A DNA stretch of 64,000 bases from an uncultured delta proteobacterium (GCA_963765675.1 CAVXXK010000001.1:1472001-1536000), one strand, 5' to 3'. Shown: positions 7,497 to 17,851, numbered from the stretch's first letter. The notes: generated by a model not told the origin, from the sequence alone. Program-made: numbers and translations.

Positions 7497-9419
7497 GTGA
7501 CCGCTTTGATGCTCGATGATATGGATGCGATGAAAGTCCGCCGCACCGGCATGACCTCGCTCGCCGCGATAGGCTTCGCGCTGATCGCCATGATGACGAT
7601 CCCCTCTCGCGCTGCCGCGATCGAAAGCCACGCGCGGCCGCGCATCTTTATCCTGATGGTGTGGGACGGGCTTCGTCCTGATTCGGTTACTCAGCACGAC
7701 ACGCCGAATCTGTTCACGCTCGAGCGCGAGGGCGTGCGCTTCGCGCGGCATCATTCGCAATACCCGACGCTCACGATGGTGAATGCGGCGACGCTCGCGA
7801 CAGGTGCGCCACCGGGGGTGGCGGGAATTTTCGGCGACGAGATGTTTCTCGGACCGACGTTGAAAGATCAGGGAGTGAATCTGCAAGGCGACGGCCTGAT
7901 GCAGTTCGCGGTCGGGCCCGCGATGCTCGAGGACACCAAGCGGCTGGCCGATCTGAACGCGCCCGACGCGCTCAAGGGCAACCTGCTCGGACTCGATTCC
8001 GTCGTGCAGGAGACCGCGCGCGAGGGCGGCTACGTCGCGGTGGTCGGCAAGGAGGGTCCGACCTATCTGTTCGATGATCGCGTGTTGACCGTCGCGAGCG
8101 GACAGGATGAGGTACACGCGCCGCATGCGAATTATCTTTTCCTGACCGATGATGCTGCCGCGCCGCCTGCGGATGCGGCGGCGCTGTCCGCCGCTGTCCC
8201 GCCGAAGTCGGCTGTCGGCGTGTCGGACGGAGCCCGCGATCGATATTTCGCGCACATCGTTGCAGACCGTGCGATCGTGTCGGCCAAACAGGCGACGGAT
8301 GCAGGCCATCCCGCGCTGATCGTGTTCTGGCAGCATAATCCCGACCTGACGCAGCATCATGCGGGCCTCGGCACGCTGCCTGCGCTCGAAGCATTGACGG
8401 TCGCCGATGACGACCTCGGGACGGTGCGCGCGGCGGTCCAGCAGGCGGGAGTCGCGGATCACACGGACATGATGGTCGTGTCCGATCATGGTTTTGCGAC
8501 TATCCGCGTGAGGGTGTTCCTGGCCGCGCTGCTGGTATCTGCGGGGCTGAAGAAATCGATTGATTCGACTGACGTGGTCGTCGCGGCCAACGGCGGATCG
8601 GACCTGGTTTATCTCTCGCGCGACGAGTTCAGCACGCGCTCTGCGCTGTCCGATCGCCTGCAAAAGATCGTCAACTTCGCCGAGGCTCAGGAATGGTGCG
8701 GACCGATCTTCTCGCGTGAGGTCGCGCCTTCGGCCGCGGCGTCCGGACGCTCAAGGCGCGGGCATTACGCGCGCGCGGCGACTGCGGCATATCGCGGATG
8801 GATCGACGGCACCTTCGCGCAGCCGACGTTGGGATTGTTCAACGCTGAGCGATCGCCCGACCTGATCATCTCATTTGCGGAGGCGTCGGACGCGCTCAAT
8901 CGCGGCTTCACCGGTCCCGCCGCACCCGCGTTCGCACTCGGCCAGAAGGGGCAGCAATCGGTGCCCAATCGTTCTTCGCCACTGGTCCGTCCGGTTCCTG
9001 GGCTGGTCTATTCCGACACCGGTCCGGGAGATCGCTGGACCACAGGGATGGGGATGCATGGTGCGGCGGGCGCGCGCGAGATCCACAATGTCGGCGCCGC
9101 GATCGGCCCCGACTTCAAGCGCGTCTTCCTGGATCAGAATCCGACCGCGAACGTCGACGTGGCGCCGACCATCTCGCGCGTGCTCGGCCTGATGATCAAT
9201 ACGGGCCCTGGCGGCGCGTATCCGACCGGGCGCGTGCTGACGGAGGCGCTCGCGGGCGGAAGCAGCTATGCCGGCGCGTCGCACGCTTTCACGACGACAA
9301 CGGAGTTGATGCTGCAAGGCGTCGAGGCGATCACGACGCTCAGGCTCACGCGCCTGGGCGACAGGATCTACCTCGACGACTCTTCGGTAGACCGCAAACC
9401 CCTCGGCAGCTCGCCGTAG
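7497..9419 (+). CDS. Alkaline phosphatase superfamily / nucleotide pyrophosphatase-phosphodiesterase, secreted
   Basis: VWDGLRPD, PTLTMVN (Thr nucleophile), PD..QH..G, SDHG, GMHG, DVAPT; signal peptide; start uncertain. Confidence 0.88.
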   Translation: MTALMLDDMDAMKVRRTGMTSLAAIGFALIAMMTIPSRAAAIESHARPRIFILMVWDGLRPDSVTQHDTPNLFTLEREGVRFARHHSQYPTLTMVNAATLATGAPPGVAGIFGDEMFLGPTLKDQGVNLQGDGLMQFAVGPAMLEDTKRLADLNAPDALKGNLLGLDSVVQETAREGGYVAVVGKEGPTYLFDDRVLTVASGQDEVHAPHANYLFLTDDAAAPPADAAALSAAVPPKSAVGVSDGARDRYFAHIVADRAIVSAKQATDAGHPALIVFWQHNPDLTQHHAGLGTLPALEALTVADDDLGTVRAAVQQAGVADHTDMMVVSDHGFATIRVRVFLAALLVSAGLKKSIDSTDVVVAANGGSDLVYLSRDEFSTRSALSDRLQKIVNFAEAQEWCGPIFSREVAPSAAASGRSRRGHYARAATAAYRGWIDGTFAQPTLGLFNAERSPDLIISFAEASDALNRGFTGPAAPAFALGQKGQQSVPNRSSPLVRPVPGLVYSDTGPGDRWTTGMGMHGAAGAREIHNVGAAIGPDFKRVFLDQNPTANVDVAPTISRVLGLMINTGPGGAYPTGRVLTEALAGGSSYAGASHAFTTTTELMLQGVEAITTLRLTRLGDRIYLDDSSVDRKPLGSSP

Positions 9420-9501
9420 AAGCGTATAGCCATTCTGCCAGTGGGTGCCGACGGCTCGTCGGCCGACGCGAAGCGTCATCGCGAATAGAGTGCAGAGCAG
9501 C

Positions 9502-9578
9502 ACCCTCACCCGCGCGTCACGACGATGGCGAAAAAACGCAATCGCCGCGCCGCTTGCCCTCTTCCGGAGGGAGAGGGA
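9502..9578. repeat. REP-like intergenic palindromic element between convergent genes
   Basis: accctcacccgcg...ccctcttccggagggagaggg resembles the widespread CCCTCACCCG...CTCTCCC-GGGAGAGGG palindromic repeat type. Confidence 0.5.
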
Positions 9579-9612
9579 ATTTCAGACGCGCATATTAATC
9601 AGTGGATCAGGC

Positions 9613-10906
9613 CTACCTCGCGTCGAGGGCGGTGATGTCGCTGCCCCGAGTCTCAGGCAGCAGCCAGATCATCGCGGCGGCTACCGTTGAGAAGATCGCG
9701 CCGATTGCCAGCGTTGGGCCGAAGCCTGCTCTGAGTGCTTAAGAATGTTATTGCCAGCGGGGTGAAGAATTGAAAGCCGCGCGTGACGTTGAGTAGCAAG
9801 CCGAGCGTAGTGTTGCGTACGCGGGTTGGCAGCAGCTCGGAGATCATCGGCGCCATCCCACTCCAAATTCCAGTTCCGAATCCTGCCGTGAACATCGCGC
9901 ATGCGATGAGACCGGGAATCGCCGCCGCGCGATCCCAGAAGATCGTTTCCGGAAGCAGTCCCACTGCCATCACCAGGCCGAAGAGAAAGAACATCGGACG
10001 CCGTCCGTAGCGGTCGGCAAGAATCCCGAACACGAAGTAGCCGAGTACGCCGCCGTATTGCATCTTGATCATGAGCTGGCTCGCGGTGAGCGCCGAGAGT
10101 CCGCGATGCAGCTCCAGATACCCGGGCATCCAGCTATACGTGAACCAATACGCCTCGCTGTTGAGCAGCAGGATCACGAATAGCAGCGCGACCATGCCTC
10201 GATACGGCCGCAGCACGCCGAGCTCGCGCCACCGGAAGCGCGTGCCAGCGCGGCTGCGAATCCATACGTCGCTTTCGGGGAGCCATCGCAGCACCGAGGC
10301 GAAAATCACGAGCGCGGGTATCGCGGAGATCGCGAAGGTCAGCCGCCATCCGACGATCGGCGTCAGGTAGCCGCTGGCCGCCGCCGCGAGCAGGATTCCG
10401 AGTGGCGCTCCAGTCTGCACATACGCGGCGTAACGCGCGCGGCGCTCGGACGGCGCGCTCTCGGCGATCAGGCTCTGGCCGGGAGCCCATCCGCCGCCCA
10501 TCCCGAGGCCGGTTATCGATCGAAACAGGATCAGCTCCCACAGTGAGTTGCTGCTGGCGCACAGCAGCGTCCCGATTCCGTAGATCGCGACGGTTGCCGC
10601 GATCATAGGACGCCGGCCCCATCGGTCTCCAGCGAATCCGAAGATCACTCCGCCCGCCGCAGTCATCAGGAACGAGGTTCCCAGCGCCAGCGACGACTCG
10701 GCGGCACTCAGATGTAGCTCGCGCGCGATCGGAACGAGCAGAAACGAGTACAGGATCAAATCATAGAAGTCGAAGATCCAGGCGAGGAAGCAGATGGCGA
10801 CGATGCGCAGATGCGCGCCGTCCGCAGGCCGCTCATGCAGCATCATGGGTGCGGGTTCATCGCCCGGCCGCGTCCGCGCGGGATTGCTGGCGGGTGATGG
10901 TTCCAT
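9613..10906 (-). CDS. MFS transporter (SHS/sugar porter-like) with a +1 frameshift near 9731
   Basis: DFYD, GDRWGRRP, ADRYGRRP, ELLPTRVR. The true C-terminus AGFGPTLAIGAIFSTVAAAMIWLLPETRGSDITALDAR* (PETRG motif) is in the shifted frame, stop at 9613. Confidence 0.85.
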
Positions 10907-11017
10907 CGCGATTTACGCTTTTTCGCGCCCGTGCCGAACTCTAGCCCCAACGGGAAAGGTATGGTTGGCTAACGTGAGGATGCGCGCGCTGTCAAGCGAC
11001 CGCGTCACAGAGGGGCA

Positions 11018-12775
11018 ATGCTGAAAAAGTTTTTCAAGTGGATTCTCAGGACCGTGATCGTGATCGTGATTCTGATCGCGATCGTCGCAACCTCGAAATA
11101 TATTTCTCACCGCGTGCCCAACGATTCGGTGCTGGTGGTCACGCTTTCCGGCAGCGTGGTCGAACGCGGCAGCAACGGCGTGCTCGGCCTGGTTAACAAC
11201 GATCAGACGCCACTCAATTTCGTGCGCCGCGCGATCAACCGCGGAGCCAGGGACCGGCGGATAGTCGGGCTGGCGGTAAAGGTGATCGATCCGCAGATGG
11301 ATCTCGCGCAGGCGCAGGAGATTGCCGCGCTAATCAAATCGTTTCGCAAGAGCGGCAAATGGACTGCCGCATATATCGAGAGCGCGGGCGATTTCGGCCC
11401 CGGTAATCTTCCGTACCTGGTTGCGGCCGCGGCCGACGAGGTTTCGCTGATGCCGCAAGGATCGCTCGGAATCACCGGAGTCGGAATCCGAGAGTTATTC
11501 GCGCGCGGGACGCTCGACTGGATCGGTATCCGTCCGAACTTCGGCGCGATCGGAAAATACAAATCCGCCGGCAATGTCTTCACACAAAAAGATTTCACGC
11601 CCGCGCAGCATGAAGAAGACGACGCGCTTGCCGGCGACATGTACCACCAGATCGTCGCGCAGATCGCGGCTGAGCGCCATATCGATCCGGCCGCGGTGAA
11701 GGGCTTCGTTGACCAGGCGCCGCTCAATGCCGATGTAAGCCTCAAGGACAAGCTCGTCGATCGCGTCGAGTACGAAGATCAATTCACCGATCGCGCGAAG
11801 CATCGCGGTGGCGATTCCGAACACAAGCTGGTGGAATACTCAGACTACAGCAGCTCCGGGTCGATCTTCGCATCGTTTGCGCCGGGCGGCGACAAAATCG
11901 CGGTCGTCTACGGCTCGGGCGCGATCGAGCGCGGGCAGGGCGGCTTCGATCCGCTGCTCTCGCCGGAAGGCAACGCGATGGGTGCAGACGATATAGTGGC
12001 CGCGTTCAAGAGCGCACGCAAAGATGATTCCGTGCGCGGAGTCGTGTTCCGGATTAACTCGCCCGGCGGCGACGTGGTTGCGTCCGAACTGATCCGGCGC
12101 CAGGTCGAGCTGACCGCGGCGAAGAAGCCGGTCGTGATCAGCATGTCGGGCTACGCGGCCTCGGGCGGATACTGGATTTCGACGCCGGCCGCCGCGATTA
12201 TCGCCGACCCGGGCACGATCACCGGATCGATCGGTGTCCTGGGCGGAAAATTCAACATCACGCCCGCGACGCAGAAGGCGTATCTCAATACAGACGCAGT
12301 GACCTACGGCGCCAATGCGGATATGTTCGACGCGTTCACCGACTTTACGCCCGCGCAGGCGGCGGTGTTTCAGAACCAGATGCTCGGCGACACCTATCAG
12401 TATTTCGTGAAGATTGTCGCCGCCGGGCGCCATCTGAGCGTTGAGGACGTGGACGGAATCGCGCAGGGACGCGTGTGGACGGGCAACCAGGCGCTGCCGA
12501 TCAAGCTGGTAGATTCGCTCGGGACTTTCGACGACGCGATGCGCAAGGTCAAGGAGCTGGCGCGGCTCGATCCGAATAAGGAAATTGCGATCGAGGAATT
12601 GCCCGAGCAGCCGAGCATCATTCAGGCGCTGCTGTCGGGTCGCGTCAACGCGGCTTATGCGCTCAGCGCCAATCCGGCGCGCGCGCTCGAACTGATTGCG
12701 AAAGTGGTTCGCGCCGAGATTGACGGTCACGCGGGTTTCGGCGCCGCGTACTGTCCTGTCGTGCCGATGCTATAA
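11018..12775 (+). CDS. sppA: Signal peptide peptidase SppA (protease IV, long form)
   Basis: GKYKSA, RINSPGG, AASGGYWIS, TGSIGV, QGRVWTG; N-terminal TM. Confidence 0.95.
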   Translation: MLKKFFKWILRTVIVIVILIAIVATSKYISHRVPNDSVLVVTLSGSVVERGSNGVLGLVNNDQTPLNFVRRAINRGARDRRIVGLAVKVIDPQMDLAQAQEIAALIKSFRKSGKWTAAYIESAGDFGPGNLPYLVAAAADEVSLMPQGSLGITGVGIRELFARGTLDWIGIRPNFGAIGKYKSAGNVFTQKDFTPAQHEEDDALAGDMYHQIVAQIAAERHIDPAAVKGFVDQAPLNADVSLKDKLVDRVEYEDQFTDRAKHRGGDSEHKLVEYSDYSSSGSIFASFAPGGDKIAVVYGSGAIERGQGGFDPLLSPEGNAMGADDIVAAFKSARKDDSVRGVVFRINSPGGDVVASELIRRQVELTAAKKPVVISMSGYAASGGYWISTPAAAIIADPGTITGSIGVLGGKFNITPATQKAYLNTDAVTYGANADMFDAFTDFTPAQAAVFQNQMLGDTYQYFVKIVAAGRHLSVEDVDGIAQGRVWTGNQALPIKLVDSLGTFDDAMRKVKELARLDPNKEIAIEELPEQPSIIQALLSGRVNAAYALSANPARALELIAKVVRAEIDGHAGFGAAYCPVVPML

Positions 12776-12796
12776 GTCAGGCCAGGAGTGACTGCG

Positions 12797-13213
12797 ATGG
12801 ACCAACAGCTTGAAGGATTCCTCAATACTCTCGGCGAGGCCGAGCGCGCCGGCGGCCGCGTGCTGCACGAACTGACCGAGCTGGCGCGCTCGCTGGTGCT
12901 GCGCGAGATGCTCAAGAAGGTCGGACACGACGAAGGCTACTACGCCAACGAGCTCGCGCAGCATGTGCGCCGCCTGGGCGGAGCGGCGTCCAACAAGACC
13001 GGCGATTTCGTCGAGAAGGTGCGCGCGGTCGGCGAGTTTCGCGCCAAGTGCGAATTACTCAATCGCGGGCAGCGATGGGTGATCCGTAAAATCGAGGAGC
13101 ATCTTCCGACGGTCACCGATCCGGAATTGAACGCGTTCCTGACCGTGATGGCTGCCGGGCATCACAGCAATATCGGAGCGCTCGAGCAGGCACTGAAGGA
13201 CGGGCTGGCCTGA
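12797..13213 (+). CDS. Ferritin-like four-helix protein (DUF6306-like)
   Basis: LGEAERAG, HDEG, SNKTGDFVEKV, LLNRGQRWV, HHSNI. Confidence 0.7.
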   Translation: MDQQLEGFLNTLGEAERAGGRVLHELTELARSLVLREMLKKVGHDEGYYANELAQHVRRLGGAASNKTGDFVEKVRAVGEFRAKCELLNRGQRWVIRKIEEHLPTVTDPELNAFLTVMAAGHHSNIGALEQALKDGLA

Positions 13214-13231
13214 CACTTCGAGGCGCGCGCG

Positions 13232-13471
13232 ATGTATCAGACGATTTTCGGAATCGCGATGGTGGCCGTGACTGCGCTCGCGTTCTGGTGGAAGGCGCGG
13301 CATCACTACCGGTGCCCACTGTGCGGAGAATTCGTACAGTGGAAGGACATCACCTGCCCGCACTGCGGCAACGACATGAACTATCGGCATCGCGAGGGTC
13401 CCGATGCGCTTCCGCGCGTCGCCGCCGACTTGCGTCGCGGCTCGCGCTCGCGCCGCCGCGTGCGCGACTAG
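13232..13471 (+). CDS. Small membrane-anchored zinc-ribbon protein
   Basis: N-terminal TM followed by CPLCG...CPHCG and a basic tail. Confidence 0.7.
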   Translation: MYQTIFGIAMVAVTALAFWWKARHHYRCPLCGEFVQWKDITCPHCGNDMNYRHREGPDALPRVAADLRRGSRSRRRVRD

Positions 13472-13722
13472 CGCTTGAGCGCTTTAGCGGCGCGCTCGAG
13501 CAGCGCGGCGATCTCGGCGCGGGTATTCGCGGGGAAGCGCTCAAAGTCTTCGCCGGTTTTCAGATCCGCGAACATCCCGGCCGGGTCTTCGTGAAAGTGC
13601 AGGAACCCGACGCCTCCATGATAGAACGAGCCGCGCGTTCGCTCCTTCAGACCCTCGAGCTTGCGCAGCTTGGCCAGTATCGGTTCGATCCGGTCGAGCG
13701 CTTCCGGTCCCGCATGCTTCAT
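13468..13722 (-). CDS. Conserved hypothetical protein (FLHFHED motif)
   Basis: 84 aa; in operon behind the VOC gene; typical codon usage. Confidence 0.7.
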   Translation of the reverse strand: MKHAGPEALDRIEPILAKLRKLEGLKERTRGSFYHGGVGFLHFHEDPAGMFADLKTGEDFERFPANTRAEIAALLERAAKALKR

Positions 13723-13731
13723 TGATCGCGC

Positions 13732-14103
13732 TTAGCTGTTGCCGACCTCGATCACGTATCCGTCGGGATCCGCGAGGTACGCGTATGGCACTCCGGGTGC
13801 GTGATTGCCGCGGCTCAGCAGCTTTCCGCCCGCTTGCTCGATTTGGCTGACAGCCTCGTCGAGCTTGCCCTTCTCGGCCAGGCCGAAGCCGAAGTGTGAT
13901 ACGCCGGCGCCGCCCACCGGCTCGCTCTTTTCGGCCTGGCACAGCGTGATCGTGTCGTCGGCGCCGGGCGAGCGCAGAAAGACCATTCGTTTGCCTTCCC
14001 AGAATTGAACTTCAAGTCCGAAGGCCTGCTGATAGAACCGGAGCGACCGCTGAAGATCGCTCACGTTCAGATTGATGTGTCTCAGTCCGCGCGATTTGAT
14101 CAT
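13732..14103 (-). CDS. VOC/glyoxalase family protein
   Basis: HINLNVSDLQRSLRFY, HFGF, DPDGYVIE. Confidence 0.9.
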   Translation of the reverse strand: MIKSRGLRHINLNVSDLQRSLRFYQQAFGLEVQFWEGKRMVFLRSPGADDTITLCQAEKSEPVGGAGVSHFGFGLAEKGKLDEAVSQIEQAGGKLLSRGNHAPGVPYAYLADPDGYVIEVGNS

Positions 14104-14152
14104 CGAATCGCCTCCTGAGCCCCGGATAATTTTGACGCTTCGCCCTTGCGAA

Positions 14153-15391
14153 TCAGGACGCTGCCGGCACCGGAGCGGGCGCCGCGATCAGCACGCCTGC
14201 GCGCGTGAGTTCCTCGGCCTGCGCCGCCGACAGACCCGCGACTTCGGTCACGATCGCCGCGTTGTCGGCGCCCATGCGCGAGGCTTTCACCTCGGTGCGA
14301 TCGGGCCACGCCGAAAACTTGACGGGCATCCCCGGAATATCGAATTCGCCGAAGGTCGCGTCCTTCACGCGGCGCACGGTCTTGCGCCCGCGCAGATGAG
14401 GATGCGCCATCGACTCCGCGAGCTTGTACACGGGAGCGCAGGGGACGCGTTCGGCGTCGAGCAGGGCGATCGCGGCGTCGCGCTCGGGAAAGCTCTGGAG
14501 CCAGCTTTCGATCGTCTCGCGCAGCACGAGGCTGTTTTTCAGCCGATCGCGATTGGTCTTGAAGCGCGGATCATCGCCCAGTTCGGGGCGTTTCATCGCC
14601 CGCCACAGCCGTGCGATTTCATGCTGCTGCACGACCAGGAAAACGTAACCGTCGCTCGCCTTGTAAACGCCGCATGGCGCGCCGGTCGGATGTGTCGCGC
14701 CGCCGCGTTTGGGCACGAATTTACCTGGACGCAGCGAGACCACGGGCACCGAGAGCTCGTGCATGTGGAAATAGGTGTCGAGCAGTGACGCGTCGAGCAT
14801 CTGCCCTTCGCCGGTGCGCTCGCGATGCAGCAGCGCGAAGCCGACCGCCATCGCCGCGGCGACCCCGGTCGAGACGTCGCCGATCGCCATCGGCGGAACG
14901 ATCGGCGATCCCTCGGGCTCGCCGAGCTGATCGGTGATTCCCGCCAGCGCCGCGCCCAGATAGTCATACCCGGGCTTGTAGCTGAGCGGTCCGGTCTGTC
15001 CGGCGACCGAGACCGAGCACATGATGATCCGCGGATTGATCTTCTTCAGCGCTTCGTACCCGAAGCCCATCTCGGCGATCACCCCGGGGGCGAAATTCTC
15101 GACGACCACATCGATCTTTGGAATCATCTTGAGCACGAGATCGCGTCCGCGCGGGTCGCGCAGATTGACGCCGAGGCTCCGCTTGGAATGGTTGTGCTGA
15201 AAGTAATAGGTGCTCATCCCGTCGCGGACCAGGCCGAGCACACGGACGTGATCACCTTCGAGCGAGCGCTCGACCTTGATCACGTCGGCGCCCATCTCAC
15301 CGAGAATCCGGGTGCAGGTCGGACCGGCGACGAAATGGGTGAAATCCAGAACGCGATAGCCTTCAAGCATCCGCGGGCTTTTGTCCATCAT
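14153..15391 (-). CDS. CaiB/BaiF family III CoA-transferase
   Basis: LEGYRVLDFTHFVAGP, GADVIKVE, ENFAPG, GYD, catalytic D in IGDVSTG. Confidence 0.93.
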   Translation of the reverse strand: MMDKSPRMLEGYRVLDFTHFVAGPTCTRILGEMGADVIKVERSLEGDHVRVLGLVRDGMSTYYFQHNHSKRSLGVNLRDPRGRDLVLKMIPKIDVVVENFAPGVIAEMGFGYEALKKINPRIIMCSVSVAGQTGPLSYKPGYDYLGAALAGITDQLGEPEGSPIVPPMAIGDVSTGVAAAMAVGFALLHRERTGEGQMLDASLLDTYFHMHELSVPVVSLRPGKFVPKRGGATHPTGAPCGVYKASDGYVFLVVQQHEIARLWRAMKRPELGDDPRFKTNRDRLKNSLVLRETIESWLQSFPERDAAIALLDAERVPCAPVYKLAESMAHPHLRGRKTVRRVKDATFGEFDIPGMPVKFSAWPDRTEVKASRMGADNAAIVTEVAGLSAAQAEELTRAGVLIAAPAPVPAAS

Positions 15392-15435
15392 GCTCTCCCG
15401 AGATCAGATCGTTGCGCCCTGAGCCTCGCGCTGGG

Positions 15436-15939
15436 CTAGCGTTCGCCGCGCGCCAGGCAATCGGCGCAGATACCGTACAGTTCCATTTTGTGGCGGCGCA
15501 ACTGCGCCTTGAGTTCGCGCGCGACCATCTCTTGCAACCGCTCGATACTGTCGTTTTCGAATTCGATAATCTTGCCGCAGCGTTCGCAGATAAAGTGATC
15601 GTGATGCCGCTCGCCCATCGCTTCGTAGCGCGCCTGGCCTTCGTCGAAATGACGCTCCTGCAGCAAGTCGCATTCGCGCAAGAGGCGCAGCGTGCGGTAG
15701 ATGGTCGCGTAGCCGACGTGAGGATTTACTTTCTTGACCTCGGCGTACAGCTCCTCGGCGCTGATATGACGGCCGATTCCGAAAAACACGCGAGCAATAT
15801 CGTCGCGCTGTCCGGTGGATTTGAGCCCGCGATCCTTGAGCCGCGAGTGGAACGTGTTCATCCGCTCTTCGGCGCTGGCGTGTGGCATGTGGCCGACGAC
15901 GGTGCGCGAATGCTCGGCGGTATGCTCCCCTCGAGGCAT
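15436..15939 (-). CDS. fur: Fur family transcriptional regulator
   Basis: GLKSTGQR, HISAEELY, ATIYRTL, HHDHFICERCGKIIEF, LYGICADC. Confidence 0.9.
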   Translation of the reverse strand: MPRGEHTAEHSRTVVGHMPHASAEERMNTFHSRLKDRGLKSTGQRDDIARVFFGIGRHISAEELYAEVKKVNPHVGYATIYRTLRLLRECDLLQERHFDEGQARYEAMGERHHDHFICERCGKIIEFENDSIERLQEMVARELKAQLRRHKMELYGICADCLARGER

Positions 15940-15948
15940 CGAGTCGCC

Positions 15949-16242
15949 CTATTGTGCGCCTGCTCCCGGCTGTACGACGCGGCGCGCAGCCGGCGAGAGG
16001 TACAGTGTTTCCAGATCGTGCGAACGCAACGCCTCCGCCAGCACTTCGAGCTGCTCGGCGGCGGGCTGCTCGCGGTCGATGATGACGAGGTCTTTTTCGC
16101 GCAGTCGGCAGGCGCCGCCGCGCGCGCGGTAACCGACCTCACGCAAGATCCGCTCGCGGCGCACTTCCAAGCCGACGCGGCCCGCGGCTTCGCTTAATTC
16201 ATCAACCAGCTTGAGGAGCCGTGATTCCTTCTGCTCGCTCAT
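15949..16242 (-). CDS. Hypothetical protein, possibly a degenerate IrrE/ImmA-like fold
   Basis: 97 aa, GGACRL..LVIID......QLEVLAEAL; ends 9 nt before fur. Confidence 0.7.
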   Translation of the reverse strand: MSEQKESRLLKLVDELSEAAGRVGLEVRRERILREVGYRARGGACRLREKDLVIIDREQPAAEQLEVLAEALRSHDLETLYLSPAARRVVQPGAGAQ

Positions 16243-16335
16243 CGCACACCGCCTTTACGCGTCCCGCCTATAGCCGCCTCTTGAGGCTCACCCGCGCGTC
16301 GTGATATCGCGGAACTCCAAACGGAGGACTGGCCG

Positions 16336-17172
16336 TTGATCAAGAAAATTCTCGTCGGCATCGACACCTCCGAACATTCCCGCAACGCGCAGGCCTACGC
16401 CTTTAACCTCGCTCGCCGCCTTGGCGCGACCCTGATTGGAGTCCATGTCGTCGATATCGTGTCGATCGAAGGATCCTTCTTCCATGATATATCAGGTTCG
16501 CTCGGTCTTGAACCATATCTGGACTTTTCTTCGAAGATGCGAGAGGTGCTGACCGCGCGCGGCCGCACCGTGCTCGACGAATTCGCGGCCGCCGCCCAGC
16601 GTGAGAACCTGGCCGCCGAAACCGTGCTGGACATGGGGATCGTCGCCAACCAGATTTGCGATCGCGCCAAGAGCGCCGACCTGGTGATGATCGGGCATCG
16701 CGGCGTCAACGAACGTTTTTCGAGCGGGCTGCTCGGTTCGACCGCGGAGGCGGTGGCGCGCAAATGTCCGCGTCCGCTGTTCATCGCGCCGATGAAGTTC
16801 CGCGAGATCCAGCGCCCGGTGCTTGCGTATGACGGCAGCGAGCGCGCCTCGCGTGCGATGCGCGCGGCGGCGGAAGTCGCGAACGGACTGGGCGTCGCGT
16901 TGACCGTGGTCACCGTCGCGCGCGATCCGAAGCTGGGCGAGCGGACGCTAGAGGAGGCGCGCAAGTATTTCGAGCCGTACACTCCGCCCGCGGAATTCAA
17001 GCTGCTCGCGGGGCACGCCAACGAGGAGATCATCAAGTTCCTGAAAGAGCGCGACGCCGACCTGCTTTTTATCGGCGCATACGGCCACAGCAGGATAATC
17101 GAGATGGTGCTCGGCTCGACCACCGAATACGTCCTACGCAATTCTCCGTGCCCGGTGTTTCTCTCACGCTGA
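16336..17172 (+). CDS. Tandem-domain universal stress protein
   Basis: ILVGIDTS, DLVMIGHRG...LGSTAE, LAYDGS, GAYGHS...LGSTTEYVL; GGAGG RBS, TTG start. Confidence 0.93.
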   Translation: MIKKILVGIDTSEHSRNAQAYAFNLARRLGATLIGVHVVDIVSIEGSFFHDISGSLGLEPYLDFSSKMREVLTARGRTVLDEFAAAAQRENLAAETVLDMGIVANQICDRAKSADLVMIGHRGVNERFSSGLLGSTAEAVARKCPRPLFIAPMKFREIQRPVLAYDGSERASRAMRAAAEVANGLGVALTVVTVARDPKLGERTLEEARKYFEPYTPPAEFKLLAGHANEEIIKFLKERDADLLFIGAYGHSRIIEMVLGSTTEYVLRNSPCPVFLSR

Positions 17173-17260
17173 TCCGGATCCAGTGCATTCCTCTGTCATG
17201 CCCGCGCGGCGGTGACTCGAAGCTCGGCGAGCGCTACGATCCCGATTCGGAGCAAGGCTG

Positions 17261-17845
17261 GTGAAATCCTGGGACGCTCTTCCTGACTGGGTGCTTGAGG
17301 AGGGGGGCGAGATTACTCGCGCGTTCGTCTCTGCCGGAGCGAAAGATTTTCGTGCTGCAGCTCGCTATGTCCACGCGCTGCCGTATGGACGCAACAGCTC
17401 TCGCACCGATCCGCTGATCGTGATTCGCGAACATCGAGGCACGTGCAGCACCAAGCACGCGCTGCTGGCGCGGCTCGCGCTCGAGCAGCGGCTGGAAATC
17501 GGCCTGGTGATCGGAATTTATCGAATGACTGAACGCAACACGCCCGGCGTTGGACGCGTGCTCGGAGCCAACGGACTCGAATACATCCCCGAAGCGCACT
17601 GCTACCTTCGCTATCTCGAGGACCGGATCGACGTGACGCGCGAAATCGCGGGTGGACCGGCGGAACCGATCGCGCACTTTCTTTACGAAGAAGAAATTTC
17701 GCCGGAGCAAATCGGTGACTACAAGATCGCGCTTCATCAGCGATGGATGCGCGAGTGGATCGCATCACCGAATGGCCCGCGCGGTTTCGGTTTCGATGAA
17801 CTATGGAAAATCCGCGAGAAGTGTATCGCCGCGCTGGGACAGTGA
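17261..17845 (+). CDS. Transglutaminase-like (Cys-His-Asp) hypothetical protein
   Basis: LPYGRN, GTCSTKHALL, PEAHCYL, RIDVT. Confidence 0.65.
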   Translation: MKSWDALPDWVLEEGGEITRAFVSAGAKDFRAAARYVHALPYGRNSSRTDPLIVIREHRGTCSTKHALLARLALEQRLEIGLVIGIYRMTERNTPGVGRVLGANGLEYIPEAHCYLRYLEDRIDVTREIAGGPAEPIAHFLYEEEISPEQIGDYKIALHQRWMREWIASPNGPRGFGFDELWKIREKCIAALGQ

Positions 17846-17851
17846 ATCGCG

